A stretch of DNA of 64,000 nt from Lepidodermella squamata (taxonomy: Eukaryota; Animalia; Gastrotricha): NCBI GenBank assembly GCA_047495785.1, contig JBLDXI010000058.1:310001-374000 (forward strand), in the 5' to 3' direction. The notes beneath the pieces were generated by a model. It had not been told where the DNA came from, ran no database searches, and saw only the letters and a program-made list of their open reading frames with translations. The position numbers and the translations under genes were made by a program. Below are positions 10,727 to 22,659 of this stretch, one piece after another; position 1 is the first letter of the stretch; each line of letters starts with the position of its first letter.

Positions 10727-13033
10727 ATGAAATCTTCATCGTTGAATTTGATCTCCTCTGTTGTAGTTTCAGAGTTGTTAGCGTTGCTGTCCCTTGCCGA
10801 GGCTAGGAAGAGTGACACACTTGCCGTGTTAGTCCTTATTCCGAAAACAGGCAACGAGCCGCAAAATGGCGATGGATGCCGTTACGGTATACAAGTGGCA
10901 TTCGACAGCATCAACAGCAATGCCAGTATTTTGCCCAGTTATCACCTCGAACCCATTTTTGTCGATGAAGGACCAGCTGGAATGTATTCGCCACGCCAAG
11001 CAACCCAATTCCGACGAGACTTCTCCGGAACTTATCAATCGCCGCTCGTAATCGGTCCTTTATTTGGGACTGGGGGTGTTGGATTGGCAGGCATGATTCA
11101 TCATCTCGACATGTTACATCTTGCTACAGGCGTCAACTTGCCACAGATTACTGGAAATCGCCGTTTGTACCCCAACATTTATCGGACTCGAATAACTGGA
11201 GAATTAGTTGGATTTGCTCAAATGCGATTCATGCGCAACATAGGAAGATGGAACAGGTTCGGAATCATAACCAACGTGGTCAATACGTTCGATACTGCTA
11301 TGGCGATGTTTCTCTACAAATCCGCGGGTGAAAATGGATTTGAAGTGCCGTACTTCGGTATAGTTACTGATATCACTGACGAAGCAGTTAAATCGGTGAA
11401 AGTATCTGATACTCGAATTGTTGTCGTTGCCACAGGAACGCCGATGTTCGCTACTAAATTCCTGTGTATGGCATACTTCGCAGGACTGAATGGTCCTCGA
11501 TATGCCTTCGTTATACACGCTGGTTCGTACTCCGAGCCGAAAAGCCTACCACCATGGATCGCAATAGCCCCCGGTTGTACCAGGGAGATGCTTTTAGAAC
11601 AATTCAAAATAACGATGTGGATCGCGTGGGCTAACGGACCAGCGAATGAATTTTCGGACCCGAGATTCGTGACCACAGGTGGGATGAATTTACCCGATTT
11701 TGAGAGGCGATACCAAGACGTAACAAGTGACACTCCGCCGCTTGATTACATCCGTAGGTTTCAGTGCTACGATCCCGGCCTCGCGACTGGTCTAGCTCTC
11801 GAGGCAGCTGAGCAAAAACTCCGAGTTCGAAATGTTTCTCTCAGAGATTTCAAATATAAACCAAGGGAAGTAATGCTGGCAGTCAACGAATCGCTGCTCA
11901 AGGTTGATTATGTAGGGCTTAGAATCGGTAGGTTCAAATACTCTGCTCGAGGCGAGCCAGATTTCGATTCTCAAGCTGCTATGCAGTGGACGCCGGAATC
12001 AGGCTTGCGAGAGCTTTACGTAATAAACGCGATGGAAAACTCGTCAATCTATGAATTCTCTAGCTACATCATGAAGGAGTTTCGAAAGCCCACTTGGTTC
12101 ACTGTTGACGGGTTGCCACCCCGGGATCGGCCTGTGACAATCATCAGTAGGCAACGCATCCCAGATGCTCTTTCACTCCCGACTTTAGCCGTTTCAGGGG
12201 TCATTGCAACTTGGCACAGCTTTTCTTACTACAAAGGGTATCGAAAGCGTCCAAAATTAGACGCACAATTTTGGAAAAGGTCTGCGCTTTTACTCGGATG
12301 TCTTTTGCTAGACATCTCAGCTGCTCTTTTCGCTTTTTCCTATCCAGACGGTACCATCGTATTGTGCGTCCTACAGCGAGTCGCCCCTACGGTGGGCTTA
12401 GCCACAATAATCGCTTGCATTCTCGTTCGACTCGAGAAACGGCGCCGTCAGGTTGACGTGATGCGAAGCGCTAACCAGTCGAACAACGGTCAACGTATAA
12501 CGAAAGGTTCGAGGGGTTCAAGAGTTAGCGTACCATCACATTCGCTAAGTGTTAGATCGAAGCCCAGTGTAACCTCACCCGAAGAAAGTGTACGACATAA
12601 AAAATTATCAAAAGCAACGATTGCAGCCTTGACTTTCCTAGGAGTCTCAATCGCTTGCTACCTGGTTGCATGGAATGTCGCGGAGACGCCTGTATACACA
12701 AGCAAAGTTATATCTGAGGAATACGCGATAGAATCGGATATATATTCTGTCATCGAAGCTGGTCGCTGTCGGTCAAATAACGAAACTGCATGGATTTTTA
12801 CCATTATCGCTCTTTTCATATTAATGCTTCTATGGGGGGCATTCGCTGCTTACGTCACTCGACGGCAACGCGAGGCAAAATACGAACGTTTGGCTGTGCT
12901 GAATAATCTGGTGATGATAATCGCAGGTGTTCTAATAACGATAATTCTAAACTCACCCATCGCCCAAGCTATTTGCCACTCTGTCGTCTCTATGATAATT
13001 GCACTTGGTTCTGGAACTCTGTTAATCCGCTGA
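10727..13033 (+). CDS. GABA-B-like class C GPCR G4
   Basis: 768-aa intronless ORF with a signal peptide, a VFT closest to G2 and 7 TM. It stops immediately after TM7 (GTLLIR*). Confidence 0.88.
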   Translation: MKSSSLNLISSVVVSELLALLSLAEARKSDTLAVLVLIPKTGNEPQNGDGCRYGIQVAFDSINSNASILPSYHLEPIFVDEGPAGMYSPRQATQFRRDFSGTYQSPLVIGPLFGTGGVGLAGMIHHLDMLHLATGVNLPQITGNRRLYPNIYRTRITGELVGFAQMRFMRNIGRWNRFGIITNVVNTFDTAMAMFLYKSAGENGFEVPYFGIVTDITDEAVKSVKVSDTRIVVVATGTPMFATKFLCMAYFAGLNGPRYAFVIHAGSYSEPKSLPPWIAIAPGCTREMLLEQFKITMWIAWANGPANEFSDPRFVTTGGMNLPDFERRYQDVTSDTPPLDYIRRFQCYDPGLATGLALEAAEQKLRVRNVSLRDFKYKPREVMLAVNESLLKVDYVGLRIGRFKYSARGEPDFDSQAAMQWTPESGLRELYVINAMENSSIYEFSSYIMKEFRKPTWFTVDGLPPRDRPVTIISRQRIPDALSLPTLAVSGVIATWHSFSYYKGYRKRPKLDAQFWKRSALLLGCLLLDISAALFAFSYPDGTIVLCVLQRVAPTVGLATIIACILVRLEKRRRQVDVMRSANQSNNGQRITKGSRGSRVSVPSHSLSVRSKPSVTSPEESVRHKKLSKATIAALTFLGVSIACYLVAWNVAETPVYTSKVISEEYAIESDIYSVIEAGRCRSNNETAWIFTIIALFILMLLWGAFAAYVTRRQREAKYERLAVLNNLVMIIAGVLITIILNSPIAQAICHSVVSMIIALGSGTLLIR

Positions 13034-13099
13034 ACCCGTGAAATTTACTTGCGAAAATTTGTTGAAGTCAGTTATTGCACTTAAATATTCAATAAAAAG

Positions 13100-13807
13100 T
13101 CACGCTGTTGGAAAATCGTGTTTGACAACCGGGGGTGTGTTGAATTGAGTAATTTTGCGGTCGAAATTTTTCCGCCAATATTCGCCGTAATTTGTCGTCG
13201 CAAAGTGAGAGTAGCACAACAAGATGCTGATCAGCAAAAGAATCGTCACGCTAATTCCCATGTAGACCTCAGCGTCGTACAGAACTCGATAGAACCTACT
13301 AGCTTCATTCTCGCTAATGTACAGTGACTCACTTCTCGGGTCGAGGATAGCGCGTCGGAGAATTGCGAGCTGTGAAACAGCGATTATTCCGAAAAGAGCC
13401 GTCGATATGAAAATGACAGTCGTTGCGAAGAAGCAGCAGTCGACAAAGCTGAATTTTGGCCGATACCAGTCTCTGATAGGTTTAATTTTCCGTTGCACCT
13501 GTATTTGGTAGTTCTGATTGCAGAGCTCACACAGCGGGAGCCCGCGCTCGTCGAATTTCGCGTTCGGTGCTGATATGACCATTTCAAGGCACTTCTTATG
13601 AGCGTAACCGATAGAACCGCGGCAGGAACAAAAGTTTGAGTAAAGAGCATTGTTGTCGCCATCGCCGTGGCCCATGTGGCAAATACGGCACTCGTGATCA
13701 CCCGATGCCATGTTTGCACTGCTGATTATGCTAATGCCCTGTGGCGTTGTGTTAGCTTCGGCTCGAGAAGCCGATGATGATGGTCTTTCATTTATAGCTG
13801 ATGACAT
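13100..13807 (-). CDS. MARCH-like RING-CH (C4HC3) membrane E3 ligase M1
   Basis: CRIC...FCSCRGSIGYAHKKCL...CELC followed by two TM helices. Intronless; ATG at 13807. Confidence 0.85.
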   Translation of the reverse strand: MSSAINERPSSSASRAEANTTPQGISIISSANMASGDHECRICHMGHGDGDNNALYSNFCSCRGSIGYAHKKCLEMVISAPNAKFDERGLPLCELCNQNYQIQVQRKIKPIRDWYRPKFSFVDCCFFATTVIFISTALFGIIAVSQLAILRRAILDPRSESLYISENEASRFYRVLYDAEVYMGISVTILLLISILLCYSHFATTNYGEYWRKNFDRKITQFNTPPVVKHDFPTA

Positions 13808-14200
13808 TATCACGCTAAAGCAAATTGACCTGTCGCAATTTCAGCCATGCTGCTGGAAACTATATCGCAATATGTATATGTGTGCGTGTGAAAAAAGCAG
13901 ATACAAACTTGGTAGTTTTTTCTGCGCAGGCGGTCGATGCAGCAATGGACATTGATCGTTATATAATCGATTGCTTTTCCACCGAGAATTGTGCAATTAA
14001 TATTGTATTAGCACTAACAAAGCCCCAGAAATCGTTTTTTGTCCTTTATATAAATCAGAGAGGTTTCTACCGATTTGCTAGCCTTTATTTTCTTTTGGAG
14101 AAACTAATATGAAATTATGCTCCTGATCGCTCCGAAATTAGTCTCAACAATTGTTGGCAGTGGATCATTTTATTACATCTTTCTGTGATTGCGAGAATGA

Positions 14201-16278
14201 TCACACGAAAATGTTAGCTATCTTGCGCAAAATCCTGATAATTCTTGCTCGAACTTCAGAATGAACCCGAGAGTGGCACATTTTGGCTGCGGCAAGAGCA
14301 CAAAGAATTGATGACCTATCCCTTTTGGAGGATACCTCTAGCAAGAATTCAACGATCTCGACATTGCCAAAAAATGCTGAAATCACCAGCGGCGTGTCTC
14401 CTCGTTTATTTTTTACCCCTACGTTGGCCCCAAAGGTTTGAATAAGTAGCCGCACAATTTCGAGATGCCCGTTCTGAGCTGCGACGAAAAGTGGACGAGC
14501 GCCATCTTTCTGCTTTGTTTCAATATCTGCTTCGAACTCTCCAGCCAAAGCCCTGACTGCCTCTATGTGTCCCGTCTCAGCTGCAATGTAAAGCGGAGAT
14601 ACCCCGTTGATATTAACCAACTCAACGTTAGCTTTAAATCGTCCGGCTAGCAGGCGAATGACTTCAACCTGCCCCTCCTGCGCTGCTATGTACAATGGAG
14701 TGGCATTTTTACAGTTGGTTGCGTTGACGTCGGCCCCGAATCTGTCAACTAATAGCTCACAAACTATCACGTGTCCATTCTGCGCTGCGATGTGAAGTGG
14801 AGTCCAGCCATCTTTCTCCTTAACTTGAACATCGACGCAAAACTTTTCGGCGAGAAGTTCGACCAGCCAAGATTTCCCGGATTCTGCAGCAAGGTGAATA
14901 GGTGTTGACCCATTATTTCTGGCAACCCTGGGATCAGCTCCGTGTTCAAGCAGCAACCTTGTGATCTCATCATGGTTGCAGATAATCGCTAGAGTTAGGG
15001 GTGTATCGCCATCTGAGTCGTTTGCTTTTGTGGTCGAATCGATTTCCCCAAGGCTTAGCAATTCTTTGAGTCGATGAAGCCTGCCGTGCCTTACTGCATC
15101 AATCAATTCAGCGGATTTTCCCACTGAAATTGGGTCACTTGATTTAAATTGGCATTCTTTGAGGAAGGAATCTTCGATTAGTTGCGCAACTGTAGGCCTT
15201 TCGCTTGGCTGCTTTCGCAGGAGAGTTATGAAGTAATTGTAACAATTTGGGCTATAGCAAGACTTTCGGCAGCGAGTGTCTGGCTCTTTGCTGTTCAAAT
15301 TCGAAGATTTTAAATTTTTAGCTTTATTCACCGTTTAACTTACTTGACAATCTCGAAAATCACAGCCGCGCCTCGACCCGAAAACTGATATGAGAAATGG
15401 TGTATTTTTGCATTCGAGAAGTGTAATGGCTTACGGGTAGTTTTCGGTGCATTACTTCGAAAAACGTAACACCTATCGACCAGACATCACAGGCCTTTGT
15501 AAAAGGCTGCCCAGTGCAGACTTCGGGTGATGCATAGGCAAAAGTTGCAACGTTCGTAGGGCATTGATCTTCTGCTGCCCTGAAATATCATCATGTAATA
15601 GGGAAAACAGCAATTTGAGGGAAACACTTTTTAATGCATCTCGCTAGTCCGAAATCGCTCAGTTTCAAATGACTGTAATCATTGCAAAGGAGGATGTTCT
15701 CAGGTTTTATATCTCGGTGAACGAAATCGTTTTCGTGGAGGTATGCCACTGCCGAAAGAAGTTGCCTCGCCCAAGAAATAACCTGTCCCTCAGGAAACGA
15801 ACTTGTTTTGCTGTTGTAAATCAAATGCTTCAGATCGCCGCCGCTGCAGTACTCCATGGCTAGATGATAAATATCTGGACATTCCTTGGTATTATCTAAC
15901 AGCCTCTCTAATAAAAGCAGTTAAATGAGATTAATTTGTATTCCTTTGATAAGCTTGCCTTGGAACGCTCCGAAAACTTGAACGATATTTGGATGGCGAA
16001 ATCGCTCAAGCCTCGAATGCTATACAATTGAAATGAGAATTGCCTGTAGTTAAGTGTTATGCTATTTTTACCTCCTTCACGCACATTTCGACAATCTTTT
16101 TAGCTAATTGGGTGCCACCGCAAGGTTCAGCTGACAAGCTGGTTGAAATGAGCGATAAATTGACCTCTTTAACGACAAACAGCGAAAAATCTCCTCTCCG
16201 CTGGCACAGGTGAACTGTAGAAAATCCTCCCCGGCCAAGGCAGCGAATCTTGTTGAAATCTCTGCTCGACTTGATCAT
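14201..16278 (-). CDS. NEK-like Ser/Thr kinase fused to C-terminal ankyrin repeats (multi-exon)
   Basis: Exons encode GRGGFSTV, VVKEV, MEYCSGGDL, HRDIKPENIL, DFGLA, YASPE and DVWSIG. The last exon has about 8 ankyrin repeats (G.TPLH.AA..G). Short GT-AG introns join the frames. Confidence 0.85.
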
Positions 16279-16785
16279 TGAGCAACTTTTAAGAAAGGCT
16301 CTGATGTTAGCGCATTACTATTTTTGCCCTAAGAGCCCTAAAATCTAGGTTCAGGCTTATATTTCCGATCATCTATTATTTAGTACTCAACAACATCCGG
16401 TATACAACTCGAGCGCTTTCTTTTCTTACATTAAATCAAGTTCAAGGCGATTTTATTTGGTCTATTCACAAAAATAGGTCGGTAATGAGATTTTTAATCA
16501 CATCCGCTTAGCTTTGAAATCTCGAAAATGCTAAAAGGTTGTGACTATCGAGGTTTAACAAATTATTAGCAGAGGCATGTTAACCTTATTATCTGTATTA
16601 AATGAATTGGAACAGGTTCTGCTCAAAATCTCCCTCGGTTTTCGATAACGAAAGGTACACAAACTACAGACAATTTATCAGCAGTCCATGGGTTAAGGAT
16701 GTGGGTTGTTTTACTGATCACCGATGCGTGGATTGAGCTATATTTATAGGTTCCCGGGTTTTTGTCAGGTACGTTATTCGAAGAA

Positions 16786-17187
16786 ATGTTCCGAGTTTGG
16801 ACAATTTTCGCTCTTCTTCATCTTTTACTTAGCAGCTGTTGGGGCCAGGCTGCAGACGATTTGCTGGCGCCAGATTTTGACCTTTCCGATTCAGTCACTG
16901 AGAATGAACTAATCAAAGCAGAACGAGAACTTCGCAAGGCCTCAAAGCGCCTTCTGATCGACGACACACAGGATTTTCTGAGCATTGTCTGCCCGGACGA
17001 ATCTAAGCATTCAGATTGCTTGATCCGGTTCAAGCTGATAACAAGGTTCTTGACCCTGACGAATATAGTCATAGAGCATTCTTACCGACGTCGGCGTTTA
17101 ATTTTTCACTGCAACCGCCTCCTCAAACAAGTTTTTGAACAACACATAACAGTCGACAGATTCATACTTTCATGTGCAAACGTTTAA
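16786..17187 (+). CDS. Secreted 4-Cys protein, unknown family A, copy A1
   Basis: Signal peptide MFRVWTIFALLHLLLSSCWG, then C-x8-C, SYRRRR and C-x20-C-ANV*. Three paralogs are in the window. Confidence 0.8.
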   Translation: MFRVWTIFALLHLLLSSCWGQAADDLLAPDFDLSDSVTENELIKAERELRKASKRLLIDDTQDFLSIVCPDESKHSDCLIRFKLITRFLTLTNIVIEHSYRRRRLIFHCNRLLKQVFEQHITVDRFILSCANV

Positions 17188-17291
17188 TTCAAATTTAACT
17201 GTTAGTTCAACTAACATTTAACTAGATTTGCTAATAACTAATAGTTTTACTAAATTGTATCGAAAGTCTAACGGCACTCGAATAAAGATAT

Positions 17292-17780
17292 TCAAGAGTC
17301 TATTTTGCCGTCCATGATATTTTTTGCGATAATTTTCGCCCAGACGTAAAAGGGTCCATTTTGACTGCAAATCGCTATAGATCTGAACCTCTCCATGCAC
17401 GCCTCGCGACGTTTAGCCGTTTCGAGCTCATCCTGCCGTTGTTTGTCCATAATAGCCTGAGCTAGCATTGATTCGTAGTAGACAACAAGCGCTTTGCAGG
17501 CCTCAGGCATCCCCATTTGCATTTCAATGCGCTGCAGTCGGCACCTTTCGATGTAAGCTTTGAATTCGTTGTGCTTGATGGCTAAATTACGAAAAACATT
17601 GTACTATTCGGAGCGTTTTGCTGATAAAGTGTTAGATTTACCTTTCAGATTCGTAGATTGATTCGGCAAACCAAGTTTTGTAGCCTCGAAATCGCTCGAA
17701 ATTCCATCGGCAGATGATACGGCGACAATTAACAAGGCACATAACTTCCCTAGGGCAATGGCGAGCTTATTGGAAATCAT
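17292..17780 (-). CDS. Secreted 4-Cys protein, unknown family B, copy B1 (2 exons: 17780-17642, 17581-17292)
   Basis: Exon 1 encodes MISNKLAIALGKLCALLIVAVSSADG... (signal peptide). A 60-nt phase-1 GT-AG intron follows. C-terminus: CMERFRSIAICSQNGPFYVWAKIIAKNIMDGKIDS. Confidence 0.78.
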
Positions 17781-17984
17781 TTTTTGATTTTAAATTCGCC
17801 GTATTGTTCCTACAGGCCGGTATTGTGTCCGTTAAAGGGTCAAAACCCCGCGTTTATGAGTGGAAAACACCTCTCAGCAGCCTGCGCATGACCTAAAGCG
17901 CTAATCGTGCGTAAAGTCCCGATTTTGGTTGAGCGGTTTTTCGATGACTCATCATATTTATTTTATTGAAAAATTACTTAATTA

Positions 17985-18725
17985 TCACAATGCACTGGTG
18001 TTCAATCGCCGTTGCTGAATCATCACAACCGGTGGCATATTGAAGCCAGCTATTCTCGGTTCGTAATTGTCGCGGATGAGGTAGACACTTAAAACCAGGG
18101 CACTGAAGAGCATCACTCCACCTGAAATGTGGCAGACAAGGAGGGTAAGCGCCCAGACAAGCTGGCGAACATCTTCAGATAATAATCGACTCCTATCATT
18201 ATAGCCAGATTTCGGGAGTTGAGGCTTCGATATTACTCGAGATGAGTTGCTGGTAACAATAAGGTGGAACAGCAGCGATGGAACATTGTGGCTGGAATTC
18301 GTCGAGAAATCTAGGTCATCATTGTAATAACCTGGGTTGTCCAGTGACAAATCGGCGTAGTAGATTTCAACTGCACCCCAGACACTGAGCGCAAAGGCGA
18401 TGAAAGACATCAGGATTGCAATGAGGTGGTTCTTCGCATGCCGTGGCCATCGCTTAACAGCTTTCGTACGGCGTTGTAGTCGAAATTCGAAAGGCTGGTG
18501 GCATATTTCGCAAATCATTTGCTTGTAATAGCCGCTGTGGAATCGATTGTGGCCGAATCGAGAGAGTACGAATGTTTCAAGGCATTTCAAATGAGCGCAT
18601 CCGACTGAGCCACGGCATGAGCAGAACCCGGAAAATAACGCCTCTGACTCATCGCCATCACCCCCAGCCATGCTGCAGATTCGGCATTCGTAACTTGAAA
18701 TTTCTTCAAGATTTTCTTCCGACAT
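17985..18725 (-). CDS. MARCH-like RING-CH membrane E3 ligase M2
   Basis: CRIC...FCSCRGSVGCAHLKCL...CEIC and two TM helices separated by a long luminal loop. Ends with FNMPPVV. Confidence 0.85.
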   Translation of the reverse strand: MSEENLEEISSYECRICSMAGGDGDESEALFSGFCSCRGSVGCAHLKCLETFVLSRFGHNRFHSGYYKQMICEICHQPFEFRLQRRTKAVKRWPRHAKNHLIAILMSFIAFALSVWGAVEIYYADLSLDNPGYYNDDLDFSTNSSHNVPSLLFHLIVTSNSSRVISKPQLPKSGYNDRSRLLSEDVRQLVWALTLLVCHISGGVMLFSALVLSVYLIRDNYEPRIAGFNMPPVVMIQQRRLNTSAL

Positions 18726-19788
18726 CACGTGTGATAAAGCGAATTAGCTTTTTATGACCATAATAATTTAACATTGGTCACGGTTTTTAGAGGCCTAGCT
18801 GGTACCTGGGCTCTTTTTACGTATTCCTAGCGCTCGTCTATCGATCAGTACCGGCTATATGAGAGCGAGACTGGTGAATTAATTATTGATATTGATAACG
18901 ATTTTTCATCACGCCTCGAAGCTGGAACTCGCTTTGACTAATGCACAGCACGGTATGCACCGAGATTATCCTCGCGGCTAGCGGTCATTCATGCGTGACC
19001 GATCGGTATATTATGGCTGCTTGAATATTAGCAGAGACACGTAAATACCTGCGGGCAAAGTGTTAATTTTTCACGTGCGATCTCAAAATTTATGGGCCAA
19101 GAAGTGTTGAGTGGACCTGCAGAAACCTTTTAGCGATTTAAATACCATTTTAAATGCGAGTTTGCGGATTACGAAAAATCCACCTTAATAATTTTATTTT
19201 CATTGAGCGCACAAAATTATTTTCCCTTCGTTATTTTCTTATTTTTTGGTATCCATTTTATTCAAAAATCTTATATGGGCTAAATAGAATAGCCTGATAT
19301 GAAGTTTTCAGGATACATCTGGATAAAACAGTCTAAATAGGATAGATAACATTAAAACTCACGCTTCATTAATTCCAACCGCTTTTTCTCATGCCCGTAG
19401 GAAAATTATCTGAGAAAATAAGCAATGAAAAACAACAGCCAAAGTCTGTGCGTGAATCATCACGATAAACTTCATTTCAAGCGCTAATAGGTCAAAATTT
19501 ATGAACTAGTACCCAATGCGAAATTGCGATGAAAAAATGCGAAGAGGAAGATCCGTGTCCAAAATGACTAGCCAATTCGCTCCGAGTGGGTACATAAACA
19601 CCACGCTTCATTGAACAGATTAATTAAGCCTCTGACAACTTTCGTTTATTCTGTTAAAATTGCTATTCTATTTGAGATATTTTGCGACCTCCTTGTCCAG
19701 TCTAGAGATTTGCGTTTGCAAATATTACATCATTTTACAAAATTTTAAAAGAACAACAACATTTCAAAATTATAAGTCTACGAGTTTT

Positions 19789-20261
19789 TCAAGTTCGACG
19801 CCCATGCATGATATCTTTAGCGAGAATTTTAGCCCAAAGGTAAAACGACGTCTGGCTTCCTTCACCGGCATCGTCGCAGAAAGTTCGCGATTTCAGCAGT
19901 GACATGCATTGGTCGTAACGCTGGCGATATTTCACGGCCTGAAGTAGCGCGAAAAGTTTAGATAATCGAGTCTCGCTGTCTTCGACGCATTTAGGCGTGG
20001 TGCAGGCTGATCGATGCTGCAGCGCCTGTTTTATCGTCCGCTCGACGTTTTCCAAAAATTTCTCGCTATACATAGTCTCTATAAAATTAATCAAAATGAA
20101 AAAATTGAACGAGGGTAAATTTTCTTACGTTTCATGACGCTGATATCAGGCACAGTGGCTGATTTGTTGGCCAACTTGCTGCTTGCAATGCTTTCGACGC
20201 GAATGCAATCGGCTTGAAATGCGAACATTGCAAGAATTGGCAGAACAACAATAACTGCCAT
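19789..20261 (-). CDS. Secreted family B copy B2 (2 exons: 20261-20129, 20078-19789)
   Basis: Exon 1 encodes the signal peptide MAVIVVLPILAMFAFQADC. A 50-nt phase-1 intron (gtaaga...tatag) follows. C-terminus: CMSLLKSRTFC...FYLWAKILAKDIMHG. Confidence 0.78.
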
Positions 20262-20786
20262 TTTTATTTATAGAAATAAAATTGCTATATTAATGGCGCG
20301 TCAATAAATTTTTATTCGGACTGCGCGCACCAACGCGAATGCGGGGTGGAATAATAAAGGAAATTCTGTCAAGATGAGAGATTTTTACGATAATTTATGC
20401 AGTGATTGCTAAAAATGAGTATGAAGTTACTGGCAAGCCGAACTATTGATCAAAGGCCATTACTTTCAATTGGGCCCTAGATAATTTTTCATCTCTAAAA
20501 ATGAAGGCTTGAACTTCATCCTAAAAAATTATTTCTAGCTAGTTTTTTCTCTAACAAATTGATCACCAAATGACGTGGATTACCTGTATAAAAATAGAAC
20601 GCGTGCTGTAAAATGAAGGTTTCACCGGAAGCCGGTGAAAGAACAAATAGTGCGGAAATTTCGAAAATTATTACTACACAATTTTAGCGTACTCCGCGCG
20701 AATCAATTATAGTCCACTACGGGCCTCTTTCGGTGAGTAGGAGTGCGAAAGCCCCGCAGAAAATGGCTCACGTCAGAAAATAGCCA

Positions 20787-22435
20787 CCCAGGCGAACGCC
20801 GGTCATATTACTGTCATATTAAAATACGCTTAAATTCATATTAATGATGTCTTACAATACATATTACATTCATATAGTAAAATGTCCTGAATGTAATATG
20901 AATTTCGGGAAAAATTCATATGAATTTGCCGCGAAATTCACATGACTTTCATATTAATCACGCCATTAGAATCATATTAACCAAAAAATCGAATTTCATA
21001 CGGTTGTCATATGAATAATCAAAAGAAGTGCTCGCCACCTGGGCCACGCTAAGGGACACCTACCTGGGGGCTCCAAGGTGACACCCATGTCATCAGGAGG
21101 TGAAGGGAATCTTGAGATGGGTTCCAGGTGGCTCAGAACTAAATATGAATAAATCGAAAGGGATAATTTACTTACGTCGTCGGTCGGAGTCGAACCCGGG
21201 TCGCCTTGGCTTTAAGTGCGACGCGCTACCACTAGACCAGGTCGTCGCTATTATACGGTGGATGTCAATAGGGGTATATATAAGATTCAAGATTTTTTCC
21301 AGTTTTCAAACTTCAGAGGGCAAATCATGTAGCTTGCACTGCTCATAGAGCAGTTGGAACGGGTCTCCGGTCATCCATGGTACTCACAGGGGGCGCCTAG
21401 TATCTATGGTTCCCAGTTCCCATTATCGTTCATTGTATGTTCTGTTTTATTTATTGCGTTGTATTTATTGGATGCTACTTATAGAGTCTTACTTTTACCG
21501 GAACAAAATTTTGAAATATTCAAGGGGCCTAAAGCCACTCATGGAAAATTTCAAAAATGTAGTGATCAATCAGCATAATTTTCAATAGATTAAATAAATC
21601 AGCTTTAAATTCAATGTAAAATTTTGTTTAAGACGCATTCCTCACTATAAGATGCATTCAATTCCTGAATTTCGAAGAAATATTCGAAAAGCGACCTTTA
21701 GCTTATCTAAAATTAGGTTCCGCAACAGGCAAATTTGGTTATGCTACAAGATATTCTTATATTTATCAGTCTTTTTGTGTTAATTGTATTCATTCAGAAT
21801 CGTTCAAATATTAGTTTGGTGTAAAAAATCGCCTAAATAATCAAAACGAGCATTTAGAAATTAGTGCATGCGCTGCGAAAATTGCGACTTGGCGCACACA
21901 AAAGAAATTTCGAATACTCGAGTTTAATGGCGAAATGAGGCATAGGCGAACCTCTTTATTTCACACCCACTGGACCTAATAGCAGGACTCATGATCCCAG
22001 AGGTTTATCTCACTACTACCAGAAAATGTGTAAAAACTTAAGCATCTTTTTAATATGAAGAGAAGCATCTTCTTTCATATGAAATTTCATATGAATTACA
22101 AGCGGCTATGCTCAGATCTTCTAAGAATAGCCGATCATATTAAATTAATATTACCGTAGAAGCAACATTTCATATAGTTGCTAGTAATACGACATTCATA
22201 TGACCGCTACTCCAACATTTCACACTAATTCGTATGTCAGGACAAGAATCAGGACAATATGAAATTCATATGAATGTAGCTTACAAAATTAATATTAATT
22301 TTAGCCAACTTTTATACTAATATGATATTCATATGAAAATTACAGTATTTTTCATACCAGATATCAATTCATATGGCAACCTTATGAAATACGTATGAAT
22401 TTGCCTTGAAAACATATGAACGGCGTTCGTCTGGG
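20787..22435. mobile_element. Non-autonomous DNA transposon, EnSpm/CACTA(CMC)-like with CCCAG termini
   Basis: TIR cccaggcgaacgccggtcatat versus reverse-complemented right end cccagacgaacgccgttcatat (20/22). A 2-bp TSD 'CA' lies at 20785-86 and 22436-37. Many subterminal (t)tcatat(g/t)aa repeats occur at both ends. No transposase ORF. Confidence 0.8.
21175..21246 (-). ncRNA. Degenerate tRNA-like sequence / tRNA-derived SINE head inside the transposon
   Basis: The minus strand reads GACGACC TGGTCTAGTGG...CTTAAAG...GGTTCGACTCC, giving intact Pol III A and B boxes at tRNA spacing. The acceptor, anticodon and T stems do not pair properly. Confidence 0.55.
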
Positions 22436-22659
22436 CATAATAAAACATAGCTTGGCGCATTGCGAGTGAATCAGCCACAACAACATCCAGCGTTTTTTCA
22501 TTTTTTGTACCAGAGAGATCGATTTTACGATCCGCTAATTTGTCTAATTTGGTCAGTGTTTTTCTGCATCGTGTAATCTAGGTTATTATTTTCGGCAAGA
22601 GTCGCAACATCATAGAAATCTGAGATGGTTATTTTATTCATAATAATATTTTCATTAAA

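Noticed and set aside
17173-17187. CaaX-like C-termini (CANV, CADL, CANA) in family A suggesting prenylated pheromones
   Set aside because: The proteins have signal peptides and would not meet cytosolic prenyltransferases. The second 'a' position is polar (N/D), and the Cys more likely forms a disulfide.
21175-21246. Functional tRNA (TAA anticodon loop)
   Set aside because: The acceptor, anticodon and T stems are mismatched and there is no long variable arm as expected for Leu. Treated as tRNA-derived only.
21100-21588. Short ORFs inside the transposon
   Set aside because: No transposase or other motifs; likely spurious.
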